Origin: a virus
Lineage: Duplodnaviria > Caudoviricetes
Strand: one strand, 5' to 3'
DNA length: 64,000 nt
Virus record (IMG/VR): IMGVR_UViG_3300044471_000009
Location: 25,968-89,967 of that record
The notes below the pieces were generated by a model. The model was not told where the DNA came from, ran no database searches, and saw only the letters and a program-made list of their open reading frames with translations. The position numbers and the translations under genes are program-made. Positions 19,700 through 28,251 of the stretch are shown here, piece after piece; position 1 is the first letter of the stretch, and every line of letters begins with the position of its first letter.

Positions 19700-20531
19700 A
19701 ATTGCTGCGCTGCTTGCCGTTGCTGCCATTGCTGGCCTTGCTGTAAACTACACAAACAGCAGCGATGTTGAGTCAGCGCAAAGCAGAGAGGCTGCCTGCG
19801 TTTCAGGCGCAAGGTCGATGCAGATAGAGCTTGATCAGGCCAAGAAAAGCCTTCAGGTCGTTAGTGAAGAGAAAGTCGCAGCAGAGCACAGGTTGATCGA
19901 AGCGGAAAGCCACACGCTGGAGCTGAAAAGACAGCTCGACGACATGCAGGCTGTAAAAGATACGCTCGGTGAAATAGTTGACGCAGTGAAGAAAAGCAAC
20001 AAAAAGGCCAAGGCTCAAAAGTTGCTGCCTTCAACTCGCCCTGTCCCGCAGCATGAGAAAGCAGTGCCAATTCCAGCCGAGCCTGAACCGGAAAAGGAAG
20101 GCGAGACAACGGCTGCTGGTTATGCAGAAAGAATGGTTGAGTCTCTGAACAAGGTGCGCAGGGAGCACCTTGTGGGGCCGGTCACGTGGTCAAACGAACT
20201 CTCTGAAGCGGCAGGCGTGTGGGGACGGGAGCTGATCAAGAATGGCTGCACTTTGAAGCATGACCCAGCAACGAAGCATGGAGAGAATCTGGCAAAGGGT
20301 CGCAGCACACCTGAAGCTGCGGTAGCGGCGTGGGCTGAAGAAGAAAAGGACTATGACTACAGCAGCAACACCTGCGCCGATGGCAAGGTTTGCGGTCACT
20401 ACACGCAGGTTGTCTGGGAAAACACTACCGAGGTGGGCTGCCAGCAGTATGATTGCCCCACCGACAAGCAGCCGGTGCTTGTATGTAGGTTTTTTCCTGC
20501 TGGTAATTTCATTGGCGAAAAACCTTACTGA
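19677..20531 (+). CDS. Membrane-anchored CAP/SCP (PR-1-like) domain protein
   Basis: N-terminal TM and coiled coil; HGENLA...AWAEEEKDYDYSSNTC...CGHYTQVVW...EVGC is the CAP signature. Confidence 0.85.
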   Translation: MRKNWLPEIAALLAVAAIAGLAVNYTNSSDVESAQSREAACVSGARSMQIELDQAKKSLQVVSEEKVAAEHRLIEAESHTLELKRQLDDMQAVKDTLGEIVDAVKKSNKKAKAQKLLPSTRPVPQHEKAVPIPAEPEPEKEGETTAAGYAERMVESLNKVRREHLVGPVTWSNELSEAAGVWGRELIKNGCTLKHDPATKHGENLAKGRSTPEAAVAAWAEEEKDYDYSSNTCADGKVCGHYTQVVWENTTEVGCQQYDCPTDKQPVLVCRFFPAGNFIGEKPY

Positions 20532-20540
20532 AGGATAAAT

Positions 20541-21071
20541 ATGCTTATTGATAAGATGTATGGTCAAGAACGGATTGAAAGTATCCGAAAATATCTTGAT
20601 TACCTTGAAAATCACTTGGAAAATGTCCGTCTTGCATTTGATCAAGTTAGCAAGGCTTGCAGTGAAATGTGGTGGATTAAGGATGATGTATCTTGGCATA
20701 CGTTGCGTCAAGACGTGTGTGAGCACGACATATCTAAATTCAGTGCTGATGAATTTATTCAGTACGTAGAGGCATTCTATCCAGACAGGCATGTGGATGA
20801 ACAAAAAGCCAGGGCATCCCTTGCTGCTGCGTGGGAGCATCACAAGGCCAACAATCTCCATCATCACGAATCAGCAACTTGCGATCTTGACCTTGTCCAT
20901 ATGGTAATCGACTGGACAGCGATGGGGTATAAATTCGGAGACACAGCCGAGCTTTTCTATCGTAAACACGCAGCAGAGATGAATTTTAGTGATGCACAGG
21001 TGGATTTCTTGAATGAAATTTTCACCTGTATCGCAAAGCGCACAGCAGAGATGACTAAAGTGAAGGATTGA
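20541..21071 (+). CDS. HD-like protein (DUF5662-like)
   Basis: HLENV...HDISKFS.DEF...AWEHHK.NN.HH...MVIDW pattern. Confidence 0.7.
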   Translation: MLIDKMYGQERIESIRKYLDYLENHLENVRLAFDQVSKACSEMWWIKDDVSWHTLRQDVCEHDISKFSADEFIQYVEAFYPDRHVDEQKARASLAAAWEHHKANNLHHHESATCDLDLVHMVIDWTAMGYKFGDTAELFYRKHAAEMNFSDAQVDFLNEIFTCIAKRTAEMTKVKD

Positions 21072-21075
21072 GACC

Positions 21076-21279
21076 GTGAAGGAATTAGTTGATAAACTGC
21101 TTGCCGAGCAGGATGAATTGATCGGAAAGACGAAAAAGCTGAAGTCTTTTATCGGCACTGATGTTTACGAAAAAACGCTTTCTGGTAAGCATAAAATCCT
21201 GCTGCGTAAACAGCTTGAAGCAATGCTTGCCTATCGAGATGTACTTGACGAAAGAATCGAAGACCTGGAGGGGTTATGA
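21076..21279 (+). CDS. Small helical protein (crAss001_48-like)
   Basis: EQDEL..K..KL..FI...LL..QL.AM..Y..VL.ERI pattern. Confidence 0.65.
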   Translation: MKELVDKLLAEQDELIGKTKKLKSFIGTDVYEKTLSGKHKILLRKQLEAMLAYRDVLDERIEDLEGL

Positions 21280-21731
21280 AACGTATCAAGAGTGCAGGTT
21301 GTCTGCAAATCGGTATAGCCTTGGCAGTCGTGCTGCTTCTCTCTGCCTGCGCTGCTGAAAAACGTGCGCCGCAAAACCACACGCTGCCTGACGACACGGT
21401 GTATATTGCGGAAAGCAAGGTTGCCGAGATGAAAATAACCGCCCCGGCAGAGTTAGGGTTCATGGTGAAAGGTGCCTGTGCTGGGGCTGCCTGCGGATTA
21501 CTTGCTCAGGTTGAAGTCAAGCCTGTTCCTGCTGTTGCTCAATGCTCCTTTCCTGCCGACAAGCCCGCACCTGAACCTGCTGTTGATCGACAGGCCGGAG
21601 CTACGCCCGCTGCTGATGGTAACGATAACGTGGACAATGTGAAGCAGGAAGAGAAGGAGTCCTCTCCCGTCGGGGCCTATCGGCAACCGGCCCATCGAGC
21701 AGTGCCGGAATATGAAAGGCGTAATAAATGA
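21276..21731 (+). CDS. Lipoprotein (possible o-spanin)
   Basis: Lipobox LLLSA-C; Pro-rich; adjacent to the hydrolase gene. Confidence 0.55.
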   Translation: MKRIKSAGCLQIGIALAVVLLLSACAAEKRAPQNHTLPDDTVYIAESKVAEMKITAPAELGFMVKGACAGAACGLLAQVEVKPVPAVAQCSFPADKPAPEPAVDRQAGATPAADGNDNVDNVKQEEKESSPVGAYRQPAHRAVPEYERRNK

Positions 21732-22405
21732 AGGCAATCGCCCTCCTGCTCATCCTCTTCACCCCTTGCGCGGCATCAGCTTACCCTTCTCTGGCGGTTA
21801 CTGATGCCGCGCTTGCTTATGGGCAGGGCAGGGGAGAGGGAGCAGCAGACAGGGGATTTGTTGAAGCAGTTGAAGCTATGTCCGCAACTCTGGCTGTAGA
21901 ATGTTACAAAGATGACAAGATTTGCGCTGAATACGTTTCAAATGTCATCCTATGGCGAAGACTCTTGGCATCCGATACAGCAGGAGTGGAGTTTTCAGTT
22001 CGACAGATAGTTGAAACGCCAATGCAGTTCAGTGGCCTGAAGCTGTCACCATTACTGCGTGACCCTGTTGAAATGGCTGTAAGGATGGCCTTTTTCCGCT
22101 CGATTGCTGCCGATGCGATAAATGGAGGGCTTGATGGAAAATACCCGCCTATGACGCATTATGCCCGCAAAGAAGCGATGCCTAAAACTGCATGGGGCAG
22201 GGCCGCGTTGAAGAAAGAAAAGCTCATCCATTTACGGGACGGTCACGTTTTTGTTGTAGGGCCATTGCCTTTCCGTCAGCCAAAGGGTGCGAGTGATGCA
22301 AACAAGCTACTAAGCTGGAACAGGTGCATAGAGCTTAACGGCGATCTGATGGCGGAAATGTTTCCGTCGTGTCAGTCGAAGACATGCAGGATAGCGACGA
22401 GGTGA
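21728..22405 (+). CDS. Secreted cell-wall hydrolase, SleB/Hydrolase_2-like (putative endolysin)
   Basis: Signal peptide; TLAVEC...VSNVILWRR...IVETPMQFSG...THY resembles SleB motifs. Confidence 0.6.
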   Translation: MKAIALLLILFTPCAASAYPSLAVTDAALAYGQGRGEGAADRGFVEAVEAMSATLAVECYKDDKICAEYVSNVILWRRLLASDTAGVEFSVRQIVETPMQFSGLKLSPLLRDPVEMAVRMAFFRSIAADAINGGLDGKYPPMTHYARKEAMPKTAWGRAALKKEKLIHLRDGHVFVVGPLPFRQPKGASDANKLLSWNRCIELNGDLMAEMFPSCQSKTCRIATR

Positions 22406-22595
22406 TACAGCTTCCAATTAACAAGTAGCCAGAAGCCGTCCACTGTCGAAACTCTTTATTCCACACCCATGATTGGTATGGATATTTAAAATCCCATTCC
22501 TTTATCTTTGCTTTCATTTCTTCTTCTGAATCAAAGAAAATAAAAGGGCTTCTGGCTCCAGCGTCAAGCCTGAGAGTCAATCCGGCTACCATCAA
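22335..22595 (-). CDS. Hypothetical protein
   Basis: GGAGG RBS; overlaps the endolysin 3' end convergently. Confidence 0.45.
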   Translation of the reverse strand: MMVAGLTLRLDAGARSPFIFFDSEEEMKAKIKEWDFKYPYQSWVWNKEFRQWTASGYLLIGSCITSSLSCMSSTDTTETFPPSDRR

Positions 22596-22633
22596 TTCCC
22601 TCCTTCAATATACGGCACCAGCTCTTCTTTTGA

Positions 22634-22924
22634 TTAATCATTACCAGAGCCTTCCAGAACCCCCGCATTTTGCATCATATCTCTTGCTATAGCTGATGCG
22701 AAATCTTCAGTGCATGTATCTATCTCTTGTTTCATTCTTTTATAGCTTGGTATCATCAGGCAAACCTGAATCCTGCATTGCGACTTAACTAAGCGAGGGA
22801 AAGAATCCCAAGTGAATCCTTCGCCTCTATATTTTACGTTAATCATAGATGAAAAAAAACTACTTACAGTTGCGTAGCAAATAAGCTGTATCTTTATCCG
22901 CATGTTTTGAGATAACATCTTCAT
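22634..22924 (-). CDS. Hypothetical protein
   Basis: 96 aa, ATGA-coupled. Confidence 0.5.
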   Translation of the reverse strand: MKMLSQNMRIKIQLICYATVSSFFSSMINVKYRGEGFTWDSFPRLVKSQCRIQVCLMIPSYKRMKQEIDTCTEDFASAIARDMMQNAGVLEGSGND

Positions 22925-23304
22925 TGTTCTCTCCCTTGCATTGTGGCCTCAATGTACGGCATCAACTCTTCCCTAAATTCACCTGCAAACTTCCCGGCCA
23001 AACACATCTCAGCAGCAGCCTTCGCCTCTACCAACATTCCAGCATTGTGCGCAAGGTGAGCTGCGCTGCGGTACAGGATTGACGTAGTTGGCTCAAGTTC
23101 TTCGCGGATTTGGTCTGCATGGTCAGCAGCCCTAATTTCTGCTTCGTAGCTTCTCTGAAAAAGACGCTTTAGGTATTCTCCGTCATCCTTGTCAATTTCA
23201 CTATCTTTGCTTTTCATGCTGAAGGCTATTTCAGCCGTATCCACAGCCTTGTCATGCAGAAAATAAACGTACTCAGCAAGGTCTTCTTCGCTTATGAATG
23301 GCAT
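22921..23304 (-). CDS. Hypothetical helical protein
   Basis: Start re-called at MPFISEEDL after GGAG. Confidence 0.55.
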   Translation of the reverse strand: MPFISEEDLAEYVYFLHDKAVDTAEIAFSMKSKDSEIDKDDGEYLKRLFQRSYEAEIRAADHADQIREELEPTTSILYRSAAHLAHNAGMLVEAKAAAEMCLAGKFAGEFREELMPYIEATMQGREQ

Positions 23305-23305
23305 T

Positions 23306-23485
23306 CTATTCTCCTTCGCAATATTTATCGTATGCTTCCTGCCCATCTTCTTCCAGTAGAGCGGCAGCCTCTTCTCCTCCTGTCTCTCTGACAATATCCC
23401 ACAACGCAGAAGAATAGTCGTGGCTATCGGCGAAATAGATAGCGGATACTGCTGCCTTCAATACTTTGCTGCACTTTTCGCACAT
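23306..23485 (-). CDS. Hypothetical protein
   Basis: Start re-called at MCEKCSK after GAGGAG. Confidence 0.55.
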   Translation of the reverse strand: MCEKCSKVLKAAVSAIYFADSHDYSSALWDIVRETGGEEAAALLEEDGQEAYDKYCEGE

Positions 23486-23486
23486 T

Positions 23487-23822
23487 TTATTCTCCTCTTG
23501 ATTGCGGTAATCTCTGCTCAAGCCCAATAAAAACAGACACCTTGTTCGGAATTGCAAGCCGTATTTTTTCGCATATCCACGCCGGAATTACGTGCCACTT
23601 TTTCTTTGTTATGATAGCGTAGTTTAGATCAGGATGATAATACCCATATCCGTAAAATAAGCCTGCGCAACAGCGGCTTGAATTCAGAAAGCTATGGTCT
23701 TTATACCAAACTTCAGAACCTATGATTTCCTTTACCGTGGCTGGAACTGTAGACTTTTTATTTATTAACCTTCCGTAAAAGCAGGTAACATAAACTTTAT
23801 CGCCAGCTTTAATCTTAATCAT
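23487..23822 (-). CDS. Hypothetical protein
   Basis: 111 aa, operon packing. Confidence 0.5.
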   Translation of the reverse strand: MIKIKAGDKVYVTCFYGRLINKKSTVPATVKEIIGSEVWYKDHSFLNSSRCCAGLFYGYGYYHPDLNYAIITKKKWHVIPAWICEKIRLAIPNKVSVFIGLEQRLPQSRGE

Positions 23823-24222
23823 GTTTTATTTTCCTTGCGTAATCGCTTGCAATAGCAGGAATGCAAAACCCATCAGGAGGCAAAGCGTCAACAGGTATGC
23901 TGTTAAAATCTAACTCAGCTACGAATGAAACCTTTCCGCTTATATTTATGTCATACACATGCACATTCCCAACATTCAAGCATTCGCGTAACGGAAGATT
24001 GCCTTCAGCCAACTGAACCGCTCTGCTTTCGGATATAGGGACATAAAGATACCTTTCGTTGCCACCGTCTTCGTAGTAAATGAAATAGTTTAGATACAAG
24101 TCGTTTCCGATTGTAGAAATAAAAAGCAGCGGAAAGTCATACTCCATTAATGTTAGGAATCTCTGCCCGACACTGAAAACGCTTGGGTCTTTTTCCGTGT
24201 AATCTTTCCAGTTGAAAACCAT
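23815..24222 (-). CDS. DUF6575-like protein
   Basis: EYDFPLLF...YL...YLYVPISESR...L..G.LPLRE pattern; start re-called at MVFNW. Confidence 0.55.
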   Translation of the reverse strand: MVFNWKDYTEKDPSVFSVGQRFLTLMEYDFPLLFISTIGNDLYLNYFIYYEDGGNERYLYVPISESRAVQLAEGNLPLRECLNVGNVHVYDINISGKVSFVAELDFNSIPVDALPPDGFCIPAIASDYARKIKHD

Positions 24223-24617
24223 AGCGATTCCTAAATTTTTAGTTGTCAAGATAAATAGCTTGCAAGGCTGAAAAATGCCGGTACTTTCCCGGCTGTCAGC
24301 ATTTTCATCGCCTATCGCTGGCATCTCCCCGATTTCGCCCGTCTGCCATCCGCGCCATCCATTTAGGCGATGGACTCCTTGCAGCTTATTGTAATATGGT
24401 CGCTACTCACCATTTTGCGCCTTACATGCACCCGACCTTTTCTGGTAGCGCAGCGGGTTGTTTTTTTTGTTCTAACAAAAACGGCTTGCCTAATTTTTTT
24501 ATGCCGGTGCGCCGCAACACCGGCCCGGTGCCTAACCGGAATCCCGATCAACCATCAAGATCGGGCGAGAACACACAGGCAGGCAGCATCAGGCATCACT
24601 GTGATGAAGCAAAAAAA

Positions 24618-24796
24618 ACGATCAGGCAGGGTTTTAACCTGCACGGCAACATTTAACTTCCTGTCAATTCAGGCGCGTACATTCAAGGCTTTTTTAAAAG
24701 CATACGCCTTGCTTGCTCCAAGTCCAAGCAAGGGTTGCTGTCATGTCGTTGCCACGTAACCCACAAACATGCGTCTATCTATTCCGCCACTGATCG
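24618..24796 (-). ncRNA. tRNA-Leu-scaffold RNA with a 109-nt variable arm
   Basis: Acceptor CGATCAG/CTGATCG, D arm TG-GCG-GAATAGATAGA-CGC, T arm GCAGG-TTAAAAC-CCTGC, variable arm closed by GGCAAC/GTTGCC, then a T8 tract. Confidence 0.75.
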
Positions 24797-24803
24797 AGAA
24801 CCC

Positions 24804-24974
24804 TTAAAACAAACTAATAAAATATCTAACCGCCACTGTCCATGCCCACGGAGGAAAGCAGAAGGCCAAGACCCATCCCCACCCATGCGACAATGCTGTT
24901 CCAAAAATCCATAATACAACCAGCAGTGCCGTTAGTGGGGAGTTTGTGTTTACTGTAAAACCTACCTGCTTCAT
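24804..24974 (-). CDS. Small membrane protein (56 aa, below the ORF-track cutoff)
   Basis: Hand translation MKQVGFTVNTNSPLTALLVVLWIFGTALSHGWGWVLAFCFPPWAWTVAVRYFISLF. Confidence 0.65.
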   Translation of the reverse strand: MKQVGFTVNTNSPLTALLVVLWIFGTALSHGWGWVLAFCFPPWAWTVAVRYFISLF

Positions 24975-24977
24975 AGT

Positions 24978-25262
24978 TTACCCCCTTGCGCATCCGTAGA
25001 ACAAATCAACTTCCGCTTGCTTCGTGAAATCATACCGCCCCAAAACCTGCTCTGGAACCTTTTCAACCTTGTATTCACTGATGTATCTGCGGGCGATAGC
25101 GTTGTAGCACATATTTTTCAAGCTGCCGGTCAATGCTCCGCGCAGCACCTCCTGAAGCCTCTCTTCAGCGTCGGCCTCAGACTTGGCAATAAGGCGGCAC
25201 CAGAAATCTTTTTCACCGTCTTTCTTGATTATATCACATTGATACCACTCGAATTCGTCCAT
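24978..25262 (-). CDS. Hypothetical protein
   Basis: 94 aa, operon packing. Confidence 0.55.
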   Translation of the reverse strand: MDEFEWYQCDIIKKDGEKDFWCRLIAKSEADAEERLQEVLRGALTGSLKNMCYNAIARRYISEYKVEKVPEQVLGRYDFTKQAEVDLFYGCARG

Positions 25263-25289
25263 GATTCACCCATCTCGATGTTAATATTC

Positions 25290-25326
25290 AAAAAAAACCG
25301 CTGATTTGCCAGGCGGGTTCAGCGGT
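25290..25326 (-). terminator. Intrinsic terminator
   Basis: ACCGCTGA/TCAGCGGT stem followed by T8 on the minus strand. Confidence 0.7.
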
Positions 25327-25342
25327 AAACCTTTGCAGGCCC

Positions 25343-25765
25343 TCACGCAACTGGCGTAGGGTCAACTTCAACTATGGCATCTCCATCTTCCCAGTTGCAC
25401 CATGAACACTGCCCACTTGAAACGTTCGGGCCATAGTTTTCCTTCTGGCAAGCTGGACATCTAACGAGGAACAAATTTCCCTTGCCGTCTCTGAAATTTG
25501 GCTCCTTCACGTCATATCTTTTCTGTTTTTCGGCTGCCATCACTTGAAGCAGCCTGTCCATTCCCTCCTCAAGCCGCTCGACTTCTTCTTTCATCGACTC
25601 AAGCCGTCCTAATAGCCATTCAACGCGACTGCTGGGGCGATTACTGAAGTTGTAATCTTTCGACTTAGACAGGTTATCCGGCAAAAGCTCTCTGAGTCGA
25701 CCAAACTCTTGTTGCAAATCAATTGTAGTCACATCCCATCCCTTGCTAAAAATCCCATTCAACAT
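25343..25765 (-). CDS. Hypothetical protein with C-terminal Zn ribbon
   Basis: CPAC...CSWC. Confidence 0.55.
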   Translation of the reverse strand: MLNGIFSKGWDVTTIDLQQEFGRLRELLPDNLSKSKDYNFSNRPSSRVEWLLGRLESMKEEVERLEEGMDRLLQVMAAEKQKRYDVKEPNFRDGKGNLFLVRCPACQKENYGPNVSSGQCSWCNWEDGDAIVEVDPTPVA

Positions 25766-25906
25766 GCAGGCCGTTCGCTACTCCGGCTTGACGGTTTCCC
25801 TATCTCTCTTACCCTCGGCCTTTATAGTCGTGGTGCGCACTAAAAGAAGCCGACTATTTGCCCGCGTGTCTGCTTTCCACGCCGCTGCATGTTGAATGGG
25901 AAAAAA

Positions 25907-26140
25907 TTACTCGATTCTTTTTTTGCACCACGATCTAAATGCAGCTGTAGTGCAATTTCCCTCGTATCCGACAGGATACGGGCCTCTCTTTTTCGCTGTC
26001 AATTTATATCTAAGACAATCTTCATTTTCTTGGCTATCATATAGCTTGAACTCAGGCCCAATCCCTATCACCTCCCGCTCTCCTCCTTTTTCGTCTGAAT
26101 AAACACCTCCGACCTCAATCTTGAAATCTTTTTTCTTCAT
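25907..26140 (-). CDS. Hypothetical protein
   Basis: Start re-called at MKKKDFKIEVGG after GGAGA. Confidence 0.6.
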   Translation of the reverse strand: MKKKDFKIEVGGVYSDEKGGEREVIGIGPEFKLYDSQENEDCLRYKLTAKKRGPYPVGYEGNCTTAAFRSWCKKRIE

Positions 26141-26449
26141 GGTTAATCTCCAAAAAACAGGGCCGCAAACTTTATACCATCTTTCACCGGGGAAGGCTTG
26201 ACGGCAGGCTTGCGGCCCTGCGAGTTTATTTTCTTTTTTTGTCGCCTTCCCCAAGGTTCTTTTACCACTATACAGCCTATCCTGCCCGCTGTCAACAGCT
26301 AATCGTCATACTCCCAAGAAAAATTCAGCCAGATGAAAAGCCATGCAAAGTAGCCGAACTGCTTGCTGAAAACTGGGCGTTTCTGCCATTTGGCGAGTGG
26401 CATGAGCCTGACCTTGAACGACAAGCCTATCTTGCGCCGCTTTTGCGTT

Positions 26450-27535
26450 TCATTCATTTCCAAACACCTCCGGCCACCGCTTTGCAAACTCTTCCCGCAG
26501 CGGAATCATCACTTCGCGCATGGATGGCTCTGCCGCCTTTGAGCAGCGCAGCTTGAAGATGTGTCGCCACTGCTCTAAATTGGCGTAAATAATGAGTTCC
26601 GTCTTGCAAGAATTGGGCAGCACGGTACGGGCTTCCTGTGGGCTTGCGCCGTAACCTATCATTGTCAGGTACGCTTTCTCAGTCGACCTGCACTGGTTAT
26701 ACCATGCCCAATACCTCTCTGTATATGTATCTTCTTGATTCAAATGCCTCCACTGCGGACAATCTTTGGCAAAATTGTACTCTTCTTTCTTAGTGTCGCA
26801 GGGCCTTTCGACGCATAGGTTACATGGCTGCGAGGATTCAGGAAGAAACGCACTCGGCCTAATAAAAGTTACTTCATTGCCGAATTTCCCAGAGGCATAA
26901 TTGCAGTAACGTTGTGAGGTTTGCAATATAGCCATAGCTCTGTGGCGACAAATCTCGTGGCTTATTGCGCGATTTACAATGAACTTGACCGCGATGTGGC
27001 GGTGCTTGGCCAGCAAGTCCGCAGGCAGCCGCTCCACCTCTTCCAGAGGCACTTTGCGGACAGTTATGCTGGACATGATCAATTTGCATTCCAGCGTGAT
27101 GTCATCAAAGAAATACGGGTGTTGCTTGCGGAGCAGTGCGCAGGCAGCCAAAACTACGCCGCACTGCTCCGGGTCACCGATTAACATCTCTCGCCATGCC
27201 CGGATGCTGCCAGTAATCAGCATCCGAACCCTGTCCGCGCCAGACGACCTATCTTCATTTGGCGTAACTTTAGAAAGCTGAAGATATTTAGGAATCGTTT
27301 CGAGAAAATCGAAATAATCCCAAGAGTCACAATTGACCTCCAGTGTCACAACGCCCATTTCTAAAACCGAATTGTGGCCGCTTTTAATCGCCTTCTCGAC
27401 AAACGGCAAGGCCGACTCCGGCGTGATGCGGTCTTCGCTCTTGTAGCAGATGCGCCCGCAATGCTCGATGCGAACGGGAAGGCTCTGCTGGTCGAGATGG
27501 TCAAGAATTTCAAAGGATGCAGGAACTATCTTCAT
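26450..27535 (-). CDS. thyX: FAD-dependent thymidylate synthase (long form)
   Basis: GHNSVLE, SHEICRHR...SQRYCNY, EARTVLPNSCKTE and PSMREV motifs. Confidence 0.92.
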   Translation of the reverse strand: MKIVPASFEILDHLDQQSLPVRIEHCGRICYKSEDRITPESALPFVEKAIKSGHNSVLEMGVVTLEVNCDSWDYFDFLETIPKYLQLSKVTPNEDRSSGADRVRMLITGSIRAWREMLIGDPEQCGVVLAACALLRKQHPYFFDDITLECKLIMSSITVRKVPLEEVERLPADLLAKHRHIAVKFIVNRAISHEICRHRAMAILQTSQRYCNYASGKFGNEVTFIRPSAFLPESSQPCNLCVERPCDTKKEEYNFAKDCPQWRHLNQEDTYTERYWAWYNQCRSTEKAYLTMIGYGASPQEARTVLPNSCKTELIIYANLEQWRHIFKLRCSKAAEPSMREVMIPLREEFAKRWPEVFGNE

Positions 27536-27864
27536 TTTTTCTCTCCTTCGTTGAGTTCGTTTTCCAAAAGACTGCTATACCCAGCAATGTCGTGCCAATG
27601 ATCTACGTGGTCTTGGTTTCCGCTCAACACCCTTCCGATCTTATGGACAATCATCTCCAATGCTTCCTTTTGCTGATCAGACAGCATCTCCCAGTTTTTC
27701 GATTCACGCATAGCTTTTTTCAATGCCTGTGCGCATTTGGCATGGTCTTTGAACAAGCCGTGCGTGGCAGCTCTTTCCCTCAGGGTGTCCTTAACTGATT
27801 GCATGTCCTTCTCCATGTATATTTTTTCGCATTTTCTATGCATATCACCATGACGCGCATACAA
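27532..27864 (-). CDS. DUF6378-like protein
   Basis: L.ERAATHG.F...EALEMI.HKIGR...DHWHDIAGY pattern. Confidence 0.7.
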   Translation of the reverse strand: MYARHGDMHRKCEKIYMEKDMQSVKDTLRERAATHGLFKDHAKCAQALKKAMRESKNWEMLSDQQKEALEMIVHKIGRVLSGNQDHVDHWHDIAGYSSLLENELNEGEKK

Positions 27865-27873
27865 ATTGCCATT

Positions 27874-28221
27874 TTACCACCATCTGCAATGAAAGCCGAC
27901 TCCAACTATCCACACCACACCGGCAGCAAGGATAGCCCAGCCTGCCAGTCTGCACAGAAACCGCTCCCTCTGTGCCTGCTTGTCAACCACGTCCTTGACG
28001 CACCTTGAGCAAAGATCGTCCTTACTTAAAGCCTCGAAATATCCCAGCGGCCCGCTGCATTTTGTGCAGCGTAAATCCGAATCGACCGATGAAGCAAAGT
28101 GCGCTTTACAAGCAAGTGCTCCCTGGCCGCGTATGTCGCCTGACCATACGCACTTCCTTTTCTTCATTCCTGCTGTCGGGCCGTTTACGCATTGGCCGCA
28201 AGTTATTCTTTCTTCGCTCAT
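27874..28221 (-). CDS. Cys-rich protein with C-terminal TM
   Basis: CGQC, CTKC and CSRC plus a hydrophobic tail. Confidence 0.55.
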   Translation of the reverse strand: MSEERITCGQCVNGPTAGMKKRKCVWSGDIRGQGALACKAHFASSVDSDLRCTKCSGPLGYFEALSKDDLCSRCVKDVVDKQAQRERFLCRLAGWAILAAGVVWIVGVGFHCRWW

Positions 28222-28251
28222 CGCTTATTCTCCTTCATCTTTGCTCCTGCC

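Noticed and set aside
24400-24430. c-di-GMP-I riboswitch (GGCGCAAA)
   Set aside because: Only a short motif match; the GNRA stem and receptor architecture are not found
24618-24796. Canonical tRNA, tmRNA or group I intron-containing tRNA
   Set aside because: The insert is in the variable arm and too short for a group I intron; there is no G3:U70 or ANDxxxALAA-type tag; the anticodon loop lacks U33
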